Source: Iphione sp. A-MEVVRFRX5
Taxonomy: Eukaryota
Length of the DNA: 64,000 bases
Reading direction: 5' to 3'
Assembly (NCBI GenBank): GCA_976226885.1
Contig: OZ320314.1
Span: 34,286,001 to 34,350,000 of the forward strand
This document shows, in pieces, positions 43,350 through 56,136 of this stretch. The notes under the pieces are model-generated. The model did not search any database. It saw nothing but the letters and a program-made list of their open reading frames with translations, and had not been told where the DNA came from. The position numbers were made by a program, and so were the translations under genes. Each line of letters begins with the position of its first letter. Within the stretch, counting starts at the first letter, position 1.

Positions 43350-46300
43350 GAGTCAGCATTGGATGTGGAGGCAAAGGGAGCCACGCAGAGATGGGGGGTG
43401 GGTGGATGGGGGGTTGGGGGTCGAAGTGAGGTGGGAGCGAATGTTGCCTGGCGTAGTGATCCGGCCCAGATGATTACTGTTTGACGAGTCTGAATGGGAG
43501 CAGCTCCCCTTGCGCTTTCAGCCATCCTTATCTCCTCTGCTCATGCTACGTGTTACATGCCAGTGTCGGGCTCTCTACCACATTCGAGGTCAGCCGTCAG
43601 TGGCGACGACAGAGTGTCACAACGTGATCCACAGACCTTGGCATGTCTCCACAATATGACAATCATGCTTCTGATGCCAAAAACTCCGGTAAAAATATTT
43701 CTTGTGGGAATGCTGGTCTCCGCTTGTACAAAATACAACTACAGTTTAACAGACTAGTTTATACATGTATGTTATACTCCTATTCACCGTCGCTTTTTGA
43801 CAACCTTTGTAACTTGGGAATTGTGTGAAGAATATAGAAAGGCTAAAGATGAGCAGCACACGGGAACGTTTACGTGTACTCTGTGTTTTTATCACGATGA
43901 GACTTCATTGCCCCAAAAGCAGTACGCGAAATGAACCTCTGTCACTTGGAATATTTACAATAAGTAGTATGTAAAAATGAGCGACCGTTCCAGGCTGCTC
44001 CACTGTAAAACAAATGCCCCTGTAACTTGTCTAAAACATTTCTACAATAAAAAAATGGACCTCTAGCCGAGCAAATGCATGTCTCAAAAAACCCATTTTT
44101 GAACGGACGACAGAGAATCATCATTTATACGTTGTCATCCATATTCATTAGGGTTCGCACATTGGATAAGACGAAGCGCTAGTAATTCGTTTCCTATGAT
44201 GCGTATCTCATTCCGCAGGGGGGGGGGGGGCGGGGGCAGAACATACATGAATAATCCGTCTTAATTTAAGGCGGAAAGGAGAATCCAGTGGGAAAGAATC
44301 TCACTCTTCGCTCGCGTCCGCCGCGTGACCCATTTTGAGGCATGCTCCGGATCCAAACCCAGCACCTATTAGTGCGCACGCCAGGCTAGTTTCCCCTCGC
44401 AGTCCCCCGGACGGGCGATGGCTTTAGGGTGCCTCCATCGGAGCGCGCCGGGCTCCTATTTCGGCATGCCGTCGGAGTGCAGCGATCAGCTGCATGGTTG
44501 CTGTAATGCGACTACCACACGGAGGTTTTCCTGATAGCCGACAAGTGGTGGCCAGCGCATGGGCTGGGTCGTCGAGGCTGGCGGGAAGGCGGGGTGGGTT
44601 GAGAGCCGGGCGGCGGCCGGTAATGTGAGCGCACGTTGCCGGGCAGCGGGCGGGTGTGCGGCCTGACAGAGGCCGTCTCAGCCGCCACTGCAGCGGCAAC
44701 CCAGCCGTGGATGCCCTTAACACGTGATGGATATAGAGCTGTGCGAATGCCAAGACAGCCTGTCCATTACTCTTCAATGCGGGCTCCTTTCCCTTCTGCG
44801 GCAACCCCGCCATAGGTCACTCCCCAATCCTGTCTCCCTCCTCATATTCCCAGTGCAGGGTTCAACATCACTCACAGGAACATCAAAGGTGGGAGATAAA
44901 GAGGCTCGAGTGGACATATAAGGGTAACTTTCCAGTCGAAAACTACTTCATCACTCGTTAATCATTACTTAGCATGTCTCATTATACCCTTAGTGAAAAC
45001 AAAACACAGAGCGTGACCAAATCAGGACGGTTTGCGCCATCGACTGAGAATGTCTTCCTCGTTTCATCTGGTATATGATGCCATAATGAAAAAGAAGAAA
45101 AAATGTTTATGTGCGTTTCTTCATATGGTCTTTTCTTTATGAATGGATACTCCCCAATATAGACTCCTGGGCACTGATGGCCACGCTGACCAGGCTAATT
45201 CCTTGCCACATGGGCGTGGACCGGCCCAGGAGACGGCAATTGATACTGGCGAAGATGAGCAATGTCACCACGAGTAATGACCTCGACCGTGCCCACTAGG
45301 GGGCGCCTTGGTGTGATCGATGACCTCAACGCGAGACTCACGCGATGTCTCGCCACGGACGAGACGCCGGCGGACGGGCGCTGGGCTTATTTTTTCTTTT
45401 GGGTCACCTCGTACGTTGACAGGCGCATACCGTCACACGCACGCACGAACACTGATACCTTTATATAGCCCTGATGTCGGTCGATAGACCCAGGCTACGT
45501 TTCATGATTATAGCAACTTGGCATGTGTCAAAAGAACTAAAGAAGTCCACACATAATTATGTTATGTAAGAAATAACCTCTGCTCTGCCATGCATTCACA
45601 AATACACTGCACATTCCAATTCCTTAATATGAGGGCAATACTCGTCGTCATCGTCGATGCAGGTTTGACATCAATAGAGCTGATGTTTAAAATATTTCAT
45701 TTCCAGTACTGCACAGAGAATATTCCTCCATGGGGCGCAGGGACCGCGCATAAGATTGCCGCAAGGACCAGCGGTCCCGACATCCTCGCTGCTCAAGAGA
45801 CGCGCCGGCGCCTGAATACATAAACATTTTAGATACTTGGGACGGCGACGGCCGCCACTGTGGCGGCCCACTCTCCTGGCGGCCTCCTTGTTGGCGAGTC
45901 AATATGTATGAATAGTGGGTGCTGGGCATGGTGTAGGCGGGTAGGCTACGGGGGTGCGAAAGGGGAGGGTGTTGGTATCTACTCTGCGGTCAGCTGACGG
46001 TCGGCCTCACCCACCGTCCTCCGATGTGCGAGGCCATCCGCGCCTCACCAACATGCTTTTCATCTTAGGCATGCACGGACCGTTATCGGCGAGGCGCCGC
46101 TGTAGGTGGGCTGCTGGTCCTAGTGCAGTGAAATCCAAAGGGAATCACTTATATTGTAACCCGTGGTCAGGCGGATACGAATGCATGCGTTAATACTTGA
46201 GATGGGTGGGGAAACAGATAAATAGATTGCGACAAAGTTACAGGCAGCGAGACGAAGAACCGCTGTGTCGCGCCAGAGGTAGTCGACGAGTTGACAGCAA

Positions 46301-48427
46301 AATATATATAATAAATAAAAGGGGGCAAAAAATGAAGGGTTTCCTATGAGAATAAGGTACGCGAAGAGGCATGCACCAGCGACCGTGCGAGCATATTGGA
46401 TCGGTCGCGGATCCAACCAGGAGCGGCAAAAATCCCGTTGGGATCCGCAAGGTAGAGTGATCACGCCGCACACAAAGGTCCATAAGCCTGGCAATGGGTG
46501 GAAGAATAAATTACAAATCCCCCAGAGACTCCTTCAGGACCCACAATCCGGATAGATGGTGGTAGGGGAATGCAGTAGTGCCATGGGGGGAGAGCGAGAA
46601 ATTTCATCACTCGGCCTCTACTACCAGGCACAGAGTGTCGCCGTGCGTGTGAATATATATACAGGGGCACTGGCGATACATTGCTTTCCCGAACCTGCTG
46701 ACCGTTTTCCAAAACTGGAAAAGGAATTTATATTTGTACACCTACATGTCGGAAACTATTGGAGGGGACAGTATTTGTTAAAAAAAACAATAACACAGAA
46801 CTAGGGGGGGGTTCTCATGCAAACTGCAAAGGGTGAATATTTGCGACAGCACTAAATAAGGTGATTTAACCCTTCTTTCTCAGGCCGGGTCTTTCCAGTG
46901 GGACAAGTACCACGATCGGCGACGATCCCCGCGAAGAAGGCGGGCGCACGACATCCTGACCGCCTCCCGAGACTGTTTTATTGTCGCCCTTGGGAGAGAC
47001 CCGGGCCCCGGTCAGGGTTAGCGATAGATCATGGGATTATCGGTGGATTGACGACGACCTAATCCCAGCACTACTTTCATAGCCGGCCCACTTCATTTAT
47101 GCCGGTACATTAGGAGCTTTATGCAGGCGTGGCTTTGTTAGTGGTGGGGCCTTAACTACGACCGCAGCCACCCCAGTCATGCCTTATTACAGGCAGCCGA
47201 CAATTTAAGAGCGTGGTAACCGAAACAGTCACTAATTGCTGACCCTATTAACACCTCCAGCCTAAAATATTACCTTACTAGATTCGATGATTTCCCCAGC
47301 ATCTCATATTGATCAATATAGCTGTATTTATTATTGATTTGGTAACAAGCAATGATAATTCACAGCATTATCATACTGATTCTATGTGTATATTGTATGA
47401 ATAGACAAAAATTTGCAGAATAATGAGAAGCATCAGCTGGAAACGAACGAGCGACAACAGGAGGCATGCCCTAATATATTAATGCGATCAGCCCTTGTTT
47501 ACGGGCAGTCAAATACACTGACATATCAATAGTCACTATGGGATACCTGAACATTTTACATCAAGAAGCAAGTTATTATGGTGGGCATACAATTATTCAT
47601 CATTGTAAATTATCTTCAATTTTCGTAACGTTTGGTCCATATCAGGGTTTTCCTCTTTGATATCCGAGGACTTTCAGATTGCTTTACAATTAGCTAGTTG
47701 TACTTATAAGATTTCTTGTCCGAAGGAATATAATTGTCACTAAAATATTCCATCAGCACCTGGAGATTAATTCAGTCTAGAAAGGGCTCTCTTCTCTGTC
47801 GTCTGTATTTATTGACTCACTCTCATGCACTTGATCAATATTTCTTTGAAGTAATGATGAAAAAGAAGCAGTATACCTCCAGTATACATGATCATCTAGA
47901 AAGAAAACTTTGAGGACATAGTACAGTATTGCTGTTAGCTTACACCTAAGAGAAGGGGCGAGGTAGATGTTATTGGTAGTTTTAGCACCATGAAGGCACT
48001 GCTCTCCCGCAGAAACTGGTCACCAGGTTCAATGCCATCCCCTCTGCCCTCTGGTGGTAGGTCACCCCCTTCTCGCTGGTACCCTTGCCCTCCTACTCGA
48101 TGCGTCAGTGTGCCCGGCATGACGAAACTATCAAAACTATCTACACCAACTGTCATTCCTAGGCCGTGGACTCCACAACTTATTTGCATATCAAGGCATC
48201 GACAAGCGGCCTGTGGGACAAGCTTGATCAAAAGCTGGCGCCAGTTCCCCTGCCACACGGACGCCCCCAGTGGAGAAGATGGTGGGGGTGGGGGGAGGAT
48301 TGAAGCAGGATGGGGAGTGTGGTGGATTGGGGGTTGCTAGTGGGGATTGTGTAAGGTTGGCAGGAAGGGTAGGCCTGCCTGTCTAGAGGGCGCAGGCCAA
48401 GGCCGCTGACATCTTGTCTGGAATGGC

Positions 48428-48706
48428 ATGGTTAATCTTGTGGTACCCGCCCGGCGTTTCAAAGGTCTGAATTATGATAGGCCTGTCACCCTACTGTATC
48501 GGCGGCGGAGAGCGGTCATAATGGCGGAGATGCCATCCGAACTACCAACACTCCTCCTCGAATATCGTGCCATACAGAGACTAACTAACCGCTATTCAGG
48601 TGACTTTGTGCAGTGTTTCCGAAGTTGTCCCGCTGGACAAAAAGCGGGTCTCTTTGGTGGACATTGTGTCCAGCCATCAAGGGAGCGAGAGAGGGGCAAT
48701 GAGTAG
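48428..48706 (+). CDS. ORF or exon containing a family-A DNA polymerase-like segment (tentative)
   Basis: ELPTLLLEYRAIQRLTNRY aligns by eye with the PolA consensus (H)PLPxLILEYRxLxKLxSTY. An upstream fragment reads SGLWDKLDQKL (~48205-48240). Catalytic motifs A, B and C were not found downstream. Confidence 0.3.
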   Translation: MVNLVVPARRFKGLNYDRPVTLLYRRRRAVIMAEMPSELPTLLLEYRAIQRLTNRYSGDFVQCFRSCPAGQKAGLFGGHCVQPSRERERGNE

Positions 48707-50518
48707 GGGGCGTTGGCCTGGCTTGTGTTGAATACTCTCTGCGGTACATACCATGGACTAACCCCTCTCCCCACGGTGGCCCTAGCCTTGACGACTTATC
48801 TAACCGGCCATTCTCGGGTGTGGGGCCGCCATGCAGGACACGAGGGGCTTTCTCTCGAGACGAGCACCCAAAGCCTTCTCCTACACACCCGGATGCTTGG
48901 GGCGCACAGCGCGGCCTCCATACTGATGTCCAGTCGGTCCATGTAAAGTGTCCGACACTCTGATTCGGGGGGTCTCAGCCAACACAATGGCCGCCTGATT
49001 TGGTATCCAGTCAGTAATTGCGGGTTTGGCCGGGACATCCTCGCCTGATGACCGGTGACATAAGGGCTTCTCCTGGTGCAGCATAACAATTGAGTCTGTT
49101 GGGTAATGCTCTAACTTTCGGTTGACCTCCACTGCTGCCTGGCACGGTGCTCTGGTCATACAACATCAGTCAGCCGTCGAGGGTTTTCCCCTGCTCCTTT
49201 TTCGCTACAAGCAAAAGGTTAGGGTCAATGGGTAGAAGGCAGAGTTAATCGCGCCTGAAAGGCGGCGGGTAGAATGCACTTAAGCAAATTATGAAAATGA
49301 ATTATTTCGAGTTTGCCTGGTGCTGCCCGTCTATTTAGACACGTTCCGGACTGTCATTAATCAGGGGGATCACTTTGAATGGAATCCGGAGGAATGCAAG
49401 CACACATGCCGCAAATATTTCTTCCTCTCAGGTTCGTGCCCTCATTAGCAATCCACAACGTCATGGTCGATCTTGGTTCCTGTTATTTCAAGCCACTCCA
49501 ACCCAGGCTGCCCTAAGAATCGAATTCTGTGATGTGCTCTGGCGGATGGCATGTCTCTTGGTTCTCGGTACTACTGTGCTAATCGATGGCTTGGGTGATC
49601 GTATCGTGTAAAGAAAAGGCATGAGGACCTCAGTTGGAGTGTCCAAAGTCCGAGGGAAGAGAGAACTCTTACCAAGCAGAATCAATTTTGCAGAAATAAT
49701 TTCACTATGAGCTTTGGGAGCCCAGCGCTGCTCAGGGTATGTATATATGACATTTAACAAGGTCTGATGATTTATGGCCAGGCACAAGACAACTAAACAT
49801 CAGTCAATAGTAGTCGCAGAACAATATTGACATAATAATGGTTGTTGTTCTACGTTTGGATTGAATGACGAAAAATGTAATTTACTGCTCCTCCCATTCC
49901 AATTTGTCAAACGGTCCTGTAGCGCATTCGCTTTGCTCTTTGGCCTACTGAACCTTGCGGTTCAACCCATAAAGGTTGTCAGTGATGGGACATGCGTAGA
50001 TCTTCTATTGTTGAGACACGACAGCCTGATGCCTCAAGCACCCACGCATACTTCCCATCACCCTACCCACCTGCCACCTCCACCTGTGCCCCTGGAGGCC
50101 CTGCCCCTGAAGAACGGTGGCTCAGGAGGGTTGGGACCCTTGATAGATAGAGCGGGCCTCAGCCAGCCCCTCCCAACTCCACGGATAGCGAGCTGTCGCT
50201 TGCTTGGCTAGCCATGTATGAGTGAATGCGCACAAATCATTAACTCTTACAAGCAAGACCTCGCCCAGCTATGCCAGCCAATATAACGTCTAGCCCTCAG
50301 GAGCGGGAAGCCTGTCATTCAGGGCGGCCGAGCAGACAGGCCATCAGTCTCAGCAACTGGCTGAATGCATCATCTGCGATAAAACATGATCCATAGGTAC
50401 AGTCTCTGTTTACTTCGTCGCTACTTCCACCACCACTGTTATCAACAACACTGTCGCCCTGCAATTGTTGAAATTCCATCCCACACCATGGCGCATGTAG
50501 TTATCCCATTAGCTTGAA

Positions 50519-50942
50519 GTGGAGCACGAATTCTACGAAAAGGATCTCTTGATTGCCACAAACCTTACGGACGTTTTGATGGTAGCTGAAAGAGGAAGTT
50601 ACGATGGGTTTATATTCATCAGGGTGAATGTTTTCAATGGAGGTCTTAAAAGATATGCTAGAGTAGTAATTACTATGAATCAACGAAAGCCTCAGTGGAA
50701 TAGCTATTTCCCTGGGTGTTTTATTGGGTAAAGATACAATATAGGCAATGAGAGAAACGACAGGCGATAACTACTATCTGATTGATAACGGTCTCTATCA
50801 TAGGATCTCCGTCTCTTGCCCATTCATCACCCTACATATAACTGGTCGCCGTTTTTTCGTCTTAAATCTTCTTAATATTGATGCCAAACGAGGCTACGGT
50901 AGGAGGAACAATTACCAGAAGGCAGATCCCTGTCATGAATAA
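50519..50942 (+). pseudogene. Frameshifted intronless relic ORF of unknown function
   Basis: Two adjacent protein-like ORFs (50519-50731 and 50748-50942) can be joined by one frameshift near 50727 plus one stop. AT-rich codons, no motif recognised. Confidence 0.35.
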
Positions 50943-51954
50943 TCCATCGACAATAAACCACACCTTGCTAATTAGCACTATGGCCAATTTATGCTCGGAA
51001 CGAGAAGCCGTTTATGTGAATCTTTGCATCAGGAGGACATAAACCGGAGGGTTGGGACCGCCTTTCACTCTGTCTTCGGCCTGCTCAGCCAGATACTGCA
51101 CGTTATGGCGGTTGTGCTTTTTTTTGTAGGTGGTGGCGTTGGTGGCGGGCGGTGGTTGGTGGTGGTGTAGAGTAATAGAATGCCGAACTAGTAAGTCTGC
51201 ACTCAGCAACAACAACGACCCACTTCAAGCTTAGTTGGTTGACGTAGTGTCATTCTCGACACGGCCTCATCTGAGTTTCCCTTCTATTTTTTGTGTAATG
51301 TTCAGTCATGTGGAAAACCTGATAAACGTGACACGACAGGCCCGACGGCTGGCTTGGCAGTCTGAAGGGACGGGTGCGTTTGAGGGGCATTGGGGGCGAG
51401 TCGAACTGGAGACGGCTGACATGAAGGGGTGATCAAGGCTAACTGGAGGTGGTGCTTGCTACATTTACCCCGACTGGCTGACTACCTTGGCAGGCTGACC
51501 CGACCCCCTTGGATGAGACAGGGACTCATCAGTCGTCCCCTAACGGAGGCCACGATGTCAGCCGACCTCACACATTAGACCGAAAGGACAACCAGTACTG
51601 CCACCAGGCAAAATGCCACGCCGCCAGCCTACACGGACACCGGTCCATCCTCCGTGCTGACAGTGCAATTCAAATAGGCACATCCCTTCCCATCGGACAT
51701 GGAAATTAGAACTGCAAGGAGGGGCCGCAGTGAATGTCATTACACCCCCGCAATTTTGCATCCATCACTTGCCTTTAACGCCAGTAGTGTCTGATAACTT
51801 GATAACGATCAATTGAGGGGGACTTGTCAAAATGATATTTTGTCAGGCCGGCGTCAAGAGATGTTTTCAATCAATTGGGCGTACATAAGGGGTAATAGAT
51901 ATAGCTAGCTCCCTTCGCAAATGAAGTCATAGAAGTCTGAAGCATCGAAGAAAC

Positions 51955-53016
51955 TGAACCCCTGAGATGAATGTCCTCTAAGAGTTCTCCAAATGTAAAG
52001 TTCGCTCCAAAAAGGGACACAGGGCTATGTTTGAATGACCATATATTGACTACATTAAGACAATTTTCTTGCAGGTTTTCAGACTAATTGATATATATGA
52101 TAGACAAAATAACAGCCTTAAAAAGAGAACTGCGATATATTTTTGAGCACAAAGAGACAAACATTCAGTTTAGTTTTGGAGATCGAAGACTCACAAATTG
52201 ACCTCTGCAATTACGACGAACTTCCAAGCTTGGATGAGGTGCGTGAGGTGGTAACATTGCAAATGACCAGGGCGTTTGCAATGAATACTAAGCAGCTTTG
52301 TCAGGAGGTGATCTGAGAAAGTGGCAGTGATGTCACCCTTGTGTTGAGTAGTATTGCATGCAATCAAACTTCGTAGGCAGTGTCTTGTGAGCCAATCGCA
52401 AATATCGCAAGCGAGCTGTGTGGTTATGCAGCTAATATGGATGCTTTCTTTTCAGAGAATATGTCCATACTTACAGATATAAAGTACAAACCCTCATTTA
52501 GAGACTCGAGCTAGACAAACCCACTGAGGGTCCAGACAACATTATTTGCTTCTGTTAAGATGTTGTCATTTTAGCAATATGTGACACTGACATTTGACAC
52601 TAACACCAACCCAAAGGCAAGAGGTTTTAAAAGGATTATATGGATGAGGAAAAAAATAATGAATGACGCGTTTGGGTATAAAAAGGTATCCTTGAGTGAT
52701 GTGGAAAAGGATTTTTTTTTGACAAGAAGAGACATAAGATTACAGATATTGGGACAGAGGATGGCTCAAATACCCAAAGCAAAAAAAACATGACACTAGA
52801 ATGTCAATACGGTGTACTATTTGTCTTCCAAGACCTAAGACAGAGTTTTACAAAAAATCAATTGAATATGTTATCAGCAGGTTATGGCAAAAACTTGATA
52901 AGAAAGTGGTTAACCTTGATCTGAAACATTTTGTAAGTTTTGTTAAGAAGAAGGGACAAAAGATATTCAAACGTTAAAGGTTCCATGAAGAATGTATGAC
53001 AAAATACATGCCATAA
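51955..53016 (+). pseudogene. Large decayed intronless Lys-rich ORF (~350 codons) of unknown, possibly viral or transposon, origin
   Basis: Three segments. ~51955-52146 reads EFSKCKVRSKKGHRAMFE*PYIDYIKTIFLQVFRLIDIYDRQ. 52122-52793 has 224 codons with 4 internal stops (LVLEIEDSQIDLCNYDELPSLDEVREVV...KRIIWMRKKIMNDAFGYKK). A shift in the A8 run at 52781-52788 leads into 52789-53016 (HDTRMSIRCTICLPRPKTEFYKKSIEYVISRLWQKLDKK...). The two frameshifts compensate each other. Confidence 0.55.
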
Positions 53017-54015
53017 ATTATCATTGTACCATTTTTACATATAAGGAGTAAACAGCACTACTCATGTATAAATGACTTTTATACATAATGCCGTGAATCT
53101 GTATCACCTTCTGTTATCATTATTACATAACTCTCTTATCACTCATCACATATCATTGTCTAAACCTGTTTGTTGAAGAATGAAACATAAGATACTGAAC
53201 TACAAATTATGTATATGTATGTCTATGTTCAGTTCAATAAACTTCATTAAAAAAATTAAAAGAGGGCCTCTCTGTGGATATAAATGCACACGTATTCGAA
53301 ATGTAAAACCTATTCTCGTTACTGATCATACTTCACTGACACCAGGTGTCCTCAAGGTGTAGCACAAGATGTGAACAAAGCAGCTCACCTATACACGTAG
53401 ACACAGTCAAAACAGTCACTTTTGTGCTGCTCAGACATTCTTGCATTTAATCAAATAATTGTTAAACGCACTTTTATAGGTGAAGCGGGAATTCTTTAGA
53501 ACACATTCTATTAAAAATATCGCGTACAGTAGGTATCTCTTAATGTTACAACTTAATTTATCAATGAAAAGAATACAAATGTGCAGTGATGTGCATTAAA
53601 GCTGGTCACTACTTATGAAATAGCTTTTCATGGCCTGTCCGGAAGTTATTGTAGATATGCATGCATGCTAGCCCCAAAGCCCCATGTTAAGCATAACAAA
53701 TATGCATGCGAGTTCTTTGACGAATATCCTGGCACGTCTCGTCTTCGTACAGCTCGTCGTTTCCCTCGTTCTATGCACCGCGTTGTACGGGATGTCTTGG
53801 GAAGCCAGGGACTAACTGGAACATTCCTCACTTGCCTTCTTGCAATCAAAAGTTAAAAGCTGAGACGTGCCATTGTTCTATAGCAAACTGTGATTCCATC
53901 GATATTTCACTGTCCTATTCTAACCATGATAACATCTATGAGTAGACAAATCAAAAGATAAAGGCAAGTTGGTGTACGAACAGGACAGCTTATCGGGTAA
54001 ATTACTAGATCAACC

Positions 54016-54342
54016 ATGGCAGTGATTACCATTGACGATCCTAATCAAGCGGTTGTCAAAGATGATAGTATCTCTGTTGACTCAATTAGGAATCTCGAAG
54101 CTTACGATCCTCCGTTTTTTCGCGGAAAGACATATCTCAAAGAAGATAAGCCATCTTTCGCATTGACTAGGCAACTCGTCATTTGGTTGTAATTTCGGTA
54201 TCGTGAATCAGCGATTAAAGATAACGACCTTACTCTTCTATCCCCCCTAGGTGATTTTAGTTGGTGACAAAGCACACCAATATCTACCGTATCGATCCAG
54301 CCGAAGAAAGTTGTATTGAAAAGTCAGTTTAAACAAACTTAG
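54016..54342 (+). pseudogene. 109-codon ORF with two in-frame stops; function unknown
   Basis: CCATGG start, MAVITIDDPNQAVVKDDSISVDSIRNLEAYDPPFFRGKTYLKEDKPSF..., with stops at 54190 (TAA) and 54265 (TGA). An alternative spliced reading via the pyrimidine-rich ...CCCCTAG acceptor at ~54250 gives VILVGDKAHQYLPY. Confidence 0.35.
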
Positions 54343-56111
54343 TACCATAACTAGAAGCAATTGTTAATACGGCCTTATAAAAGCTTTCTTCTCTTGTTCC
54401 TGAGGCCATCCAAGGGAGAGTATTTAATACATACACGCATACATGTTAAGCATTTCATACACACACATACATGTATATATACCCATTACAAAAATTATGT
54501 ATCATAGACAAAGGATGTCCTTCTAGTGGAAATTTAAGATATTTAAGATACATTTGGCATCAGATATACGTGGAGTCAGTACTGTCCGTGCAGTCCTTAA
54601 AGGATTTTGAGTCTAACCCGTACAAATTAGATTCCTAAGTGTCACTTTAATTAATCCTATACTTTCTCCAGTTTTGTAAAGACTTATGGTCAGTCTGCAA
54701 TATAGGAGTTGGGAATGTGGGGGTGTGATGAAATGCGACTCTAGTACGGTTGGTGCCTGGCTGAAGCAGGCAGGCGCAGTTTGCCGATGAGGTCTATCAA
54801 AGCTGATCAATCTTATCTCCGCTTAGGACGAGGAGGAAGAGAGATGCTCGAAGGAAAAGACATCTTCAAGTGAGAAGGAAGGAGAATCAGTGCCCCCCAC
54901 CCAGCAAAATAAGCTAATAAAACTGGCCTAGATAGGGCTTCGGTGAGAATATATCTGGGCAGGATCCATCATGAGAAGTGAATGGTAGCGAGCGGGTCTG
55001 ACATGTGGAGGTTGGACCCGTGATGGTTGGCTGCATCGCCGTGCCTCCAAAAGGGGCCTCCCTGACGATGAATTCAGCCCGTCACGTCGCCGGCTTCTCC
55101 ATGTCATGATCAATGCCCGGCCACCGGAGGAGAGGGGCAAGTATCGCGGGCAGCCGACGGCCGGTCACAATGAGCCCGGTGGCCGGCAGCCGCTCTGAGT
55201 GATGGCCGTGCAGGATTCACCATTAGGCCTCTTTATGTGCGCACACAATATGGAGGCACATGCCTCCGCTGCCAGATACACTGGGGCCAGCCACTAGGCA
55301 AGATTAATATGCCCGTTACCTACTCCATCCTCCAATCATAAGTCGCCGGCTGCACGGAAAATAACACCAAACTGCCCCTACCGGTCGCCTGGTGTAAAGA
55401 CACCCTCTGACTGAACACCTGCTGTTTGCCAAAGAAGACAGACAGTCTGTTGAGGAGTTACTGTGGCCTTAGTCCATGATTACCAGATTGCTTCCGGTTT
55501 GAGATTATTCATCTGCTTGTGTGCAGTTGCATTATTTCGCGACCTAAGTTCCCGATCAGCAAATTTGGAATATCTCTCTGCACTCAATAAGAAAGGGTCA
55601 GGTGCACAGTATATTGCAGAATAATTTTAACATTTAAGACTCTATTTTTTAACACTCTTTTTTTCTAACATTTGAATAACTTCAGTGTGATGGGAAGACA
55701 TAGATTTAAAGCATAACACACTTTGTCATTCGCTGCCAACCTACCAATGAGACCTAGTTTCCCACACGGCATCCCTGCTACCTGCTAGGAAGGCACACAT
55801 GCACAAACCTCATGTCATTAAAGGAGTAAAAACGAGCGCAATTGATTGATCTCCCCATTAGTGGTATTATAAACCTGGCCTCTGTTAGGCCGTTTTATCC
55901 ACAAACACATTTACATACCATCGATAGGCTTTGGGCCATTCTTCCCGAATAAAGCATCTCGTTTCCATAGTTACTGAATTCTTTTATCTATGGAAGATAG
56001 CTTCACCATCCAAACTGCAGGAACAATCGATGCAGTCAAGTTCGCTCTCAAAAGATGGGACCTTCCAAACCCATCAAGCATCGCTTTAACATTGACTAAA
56101 AATTCAGGCTC

Positions 56112-56136
56112 ATATATATATATATATATATATATA
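56112..56136. repeat. (TA)n microsatellite
   Basis: Directly visible. Confidence 0.95.

Noticed and set aside
49400-49720. Retroviral protease-like hints (TLDTPTEV ... LGQPGLEWLE...ID) on the minus strand
   Set aside because: The catalytic motif is DTP, not D[TS]G; the spacing is too short and the parts lie in different frames.
51180-51215. LLLSAD resembling the start of PolA motif A
   Set aside because: It is on the opposite strand to the PolA-like fragment and lacks the YSQxELR continuation.
55090-55140. LRWPGIDHDMEK resembling the gypsy integrase WWPGIDxDIE motif
   Set aside because: A single motif without the HHCC residues or a following DDE core.
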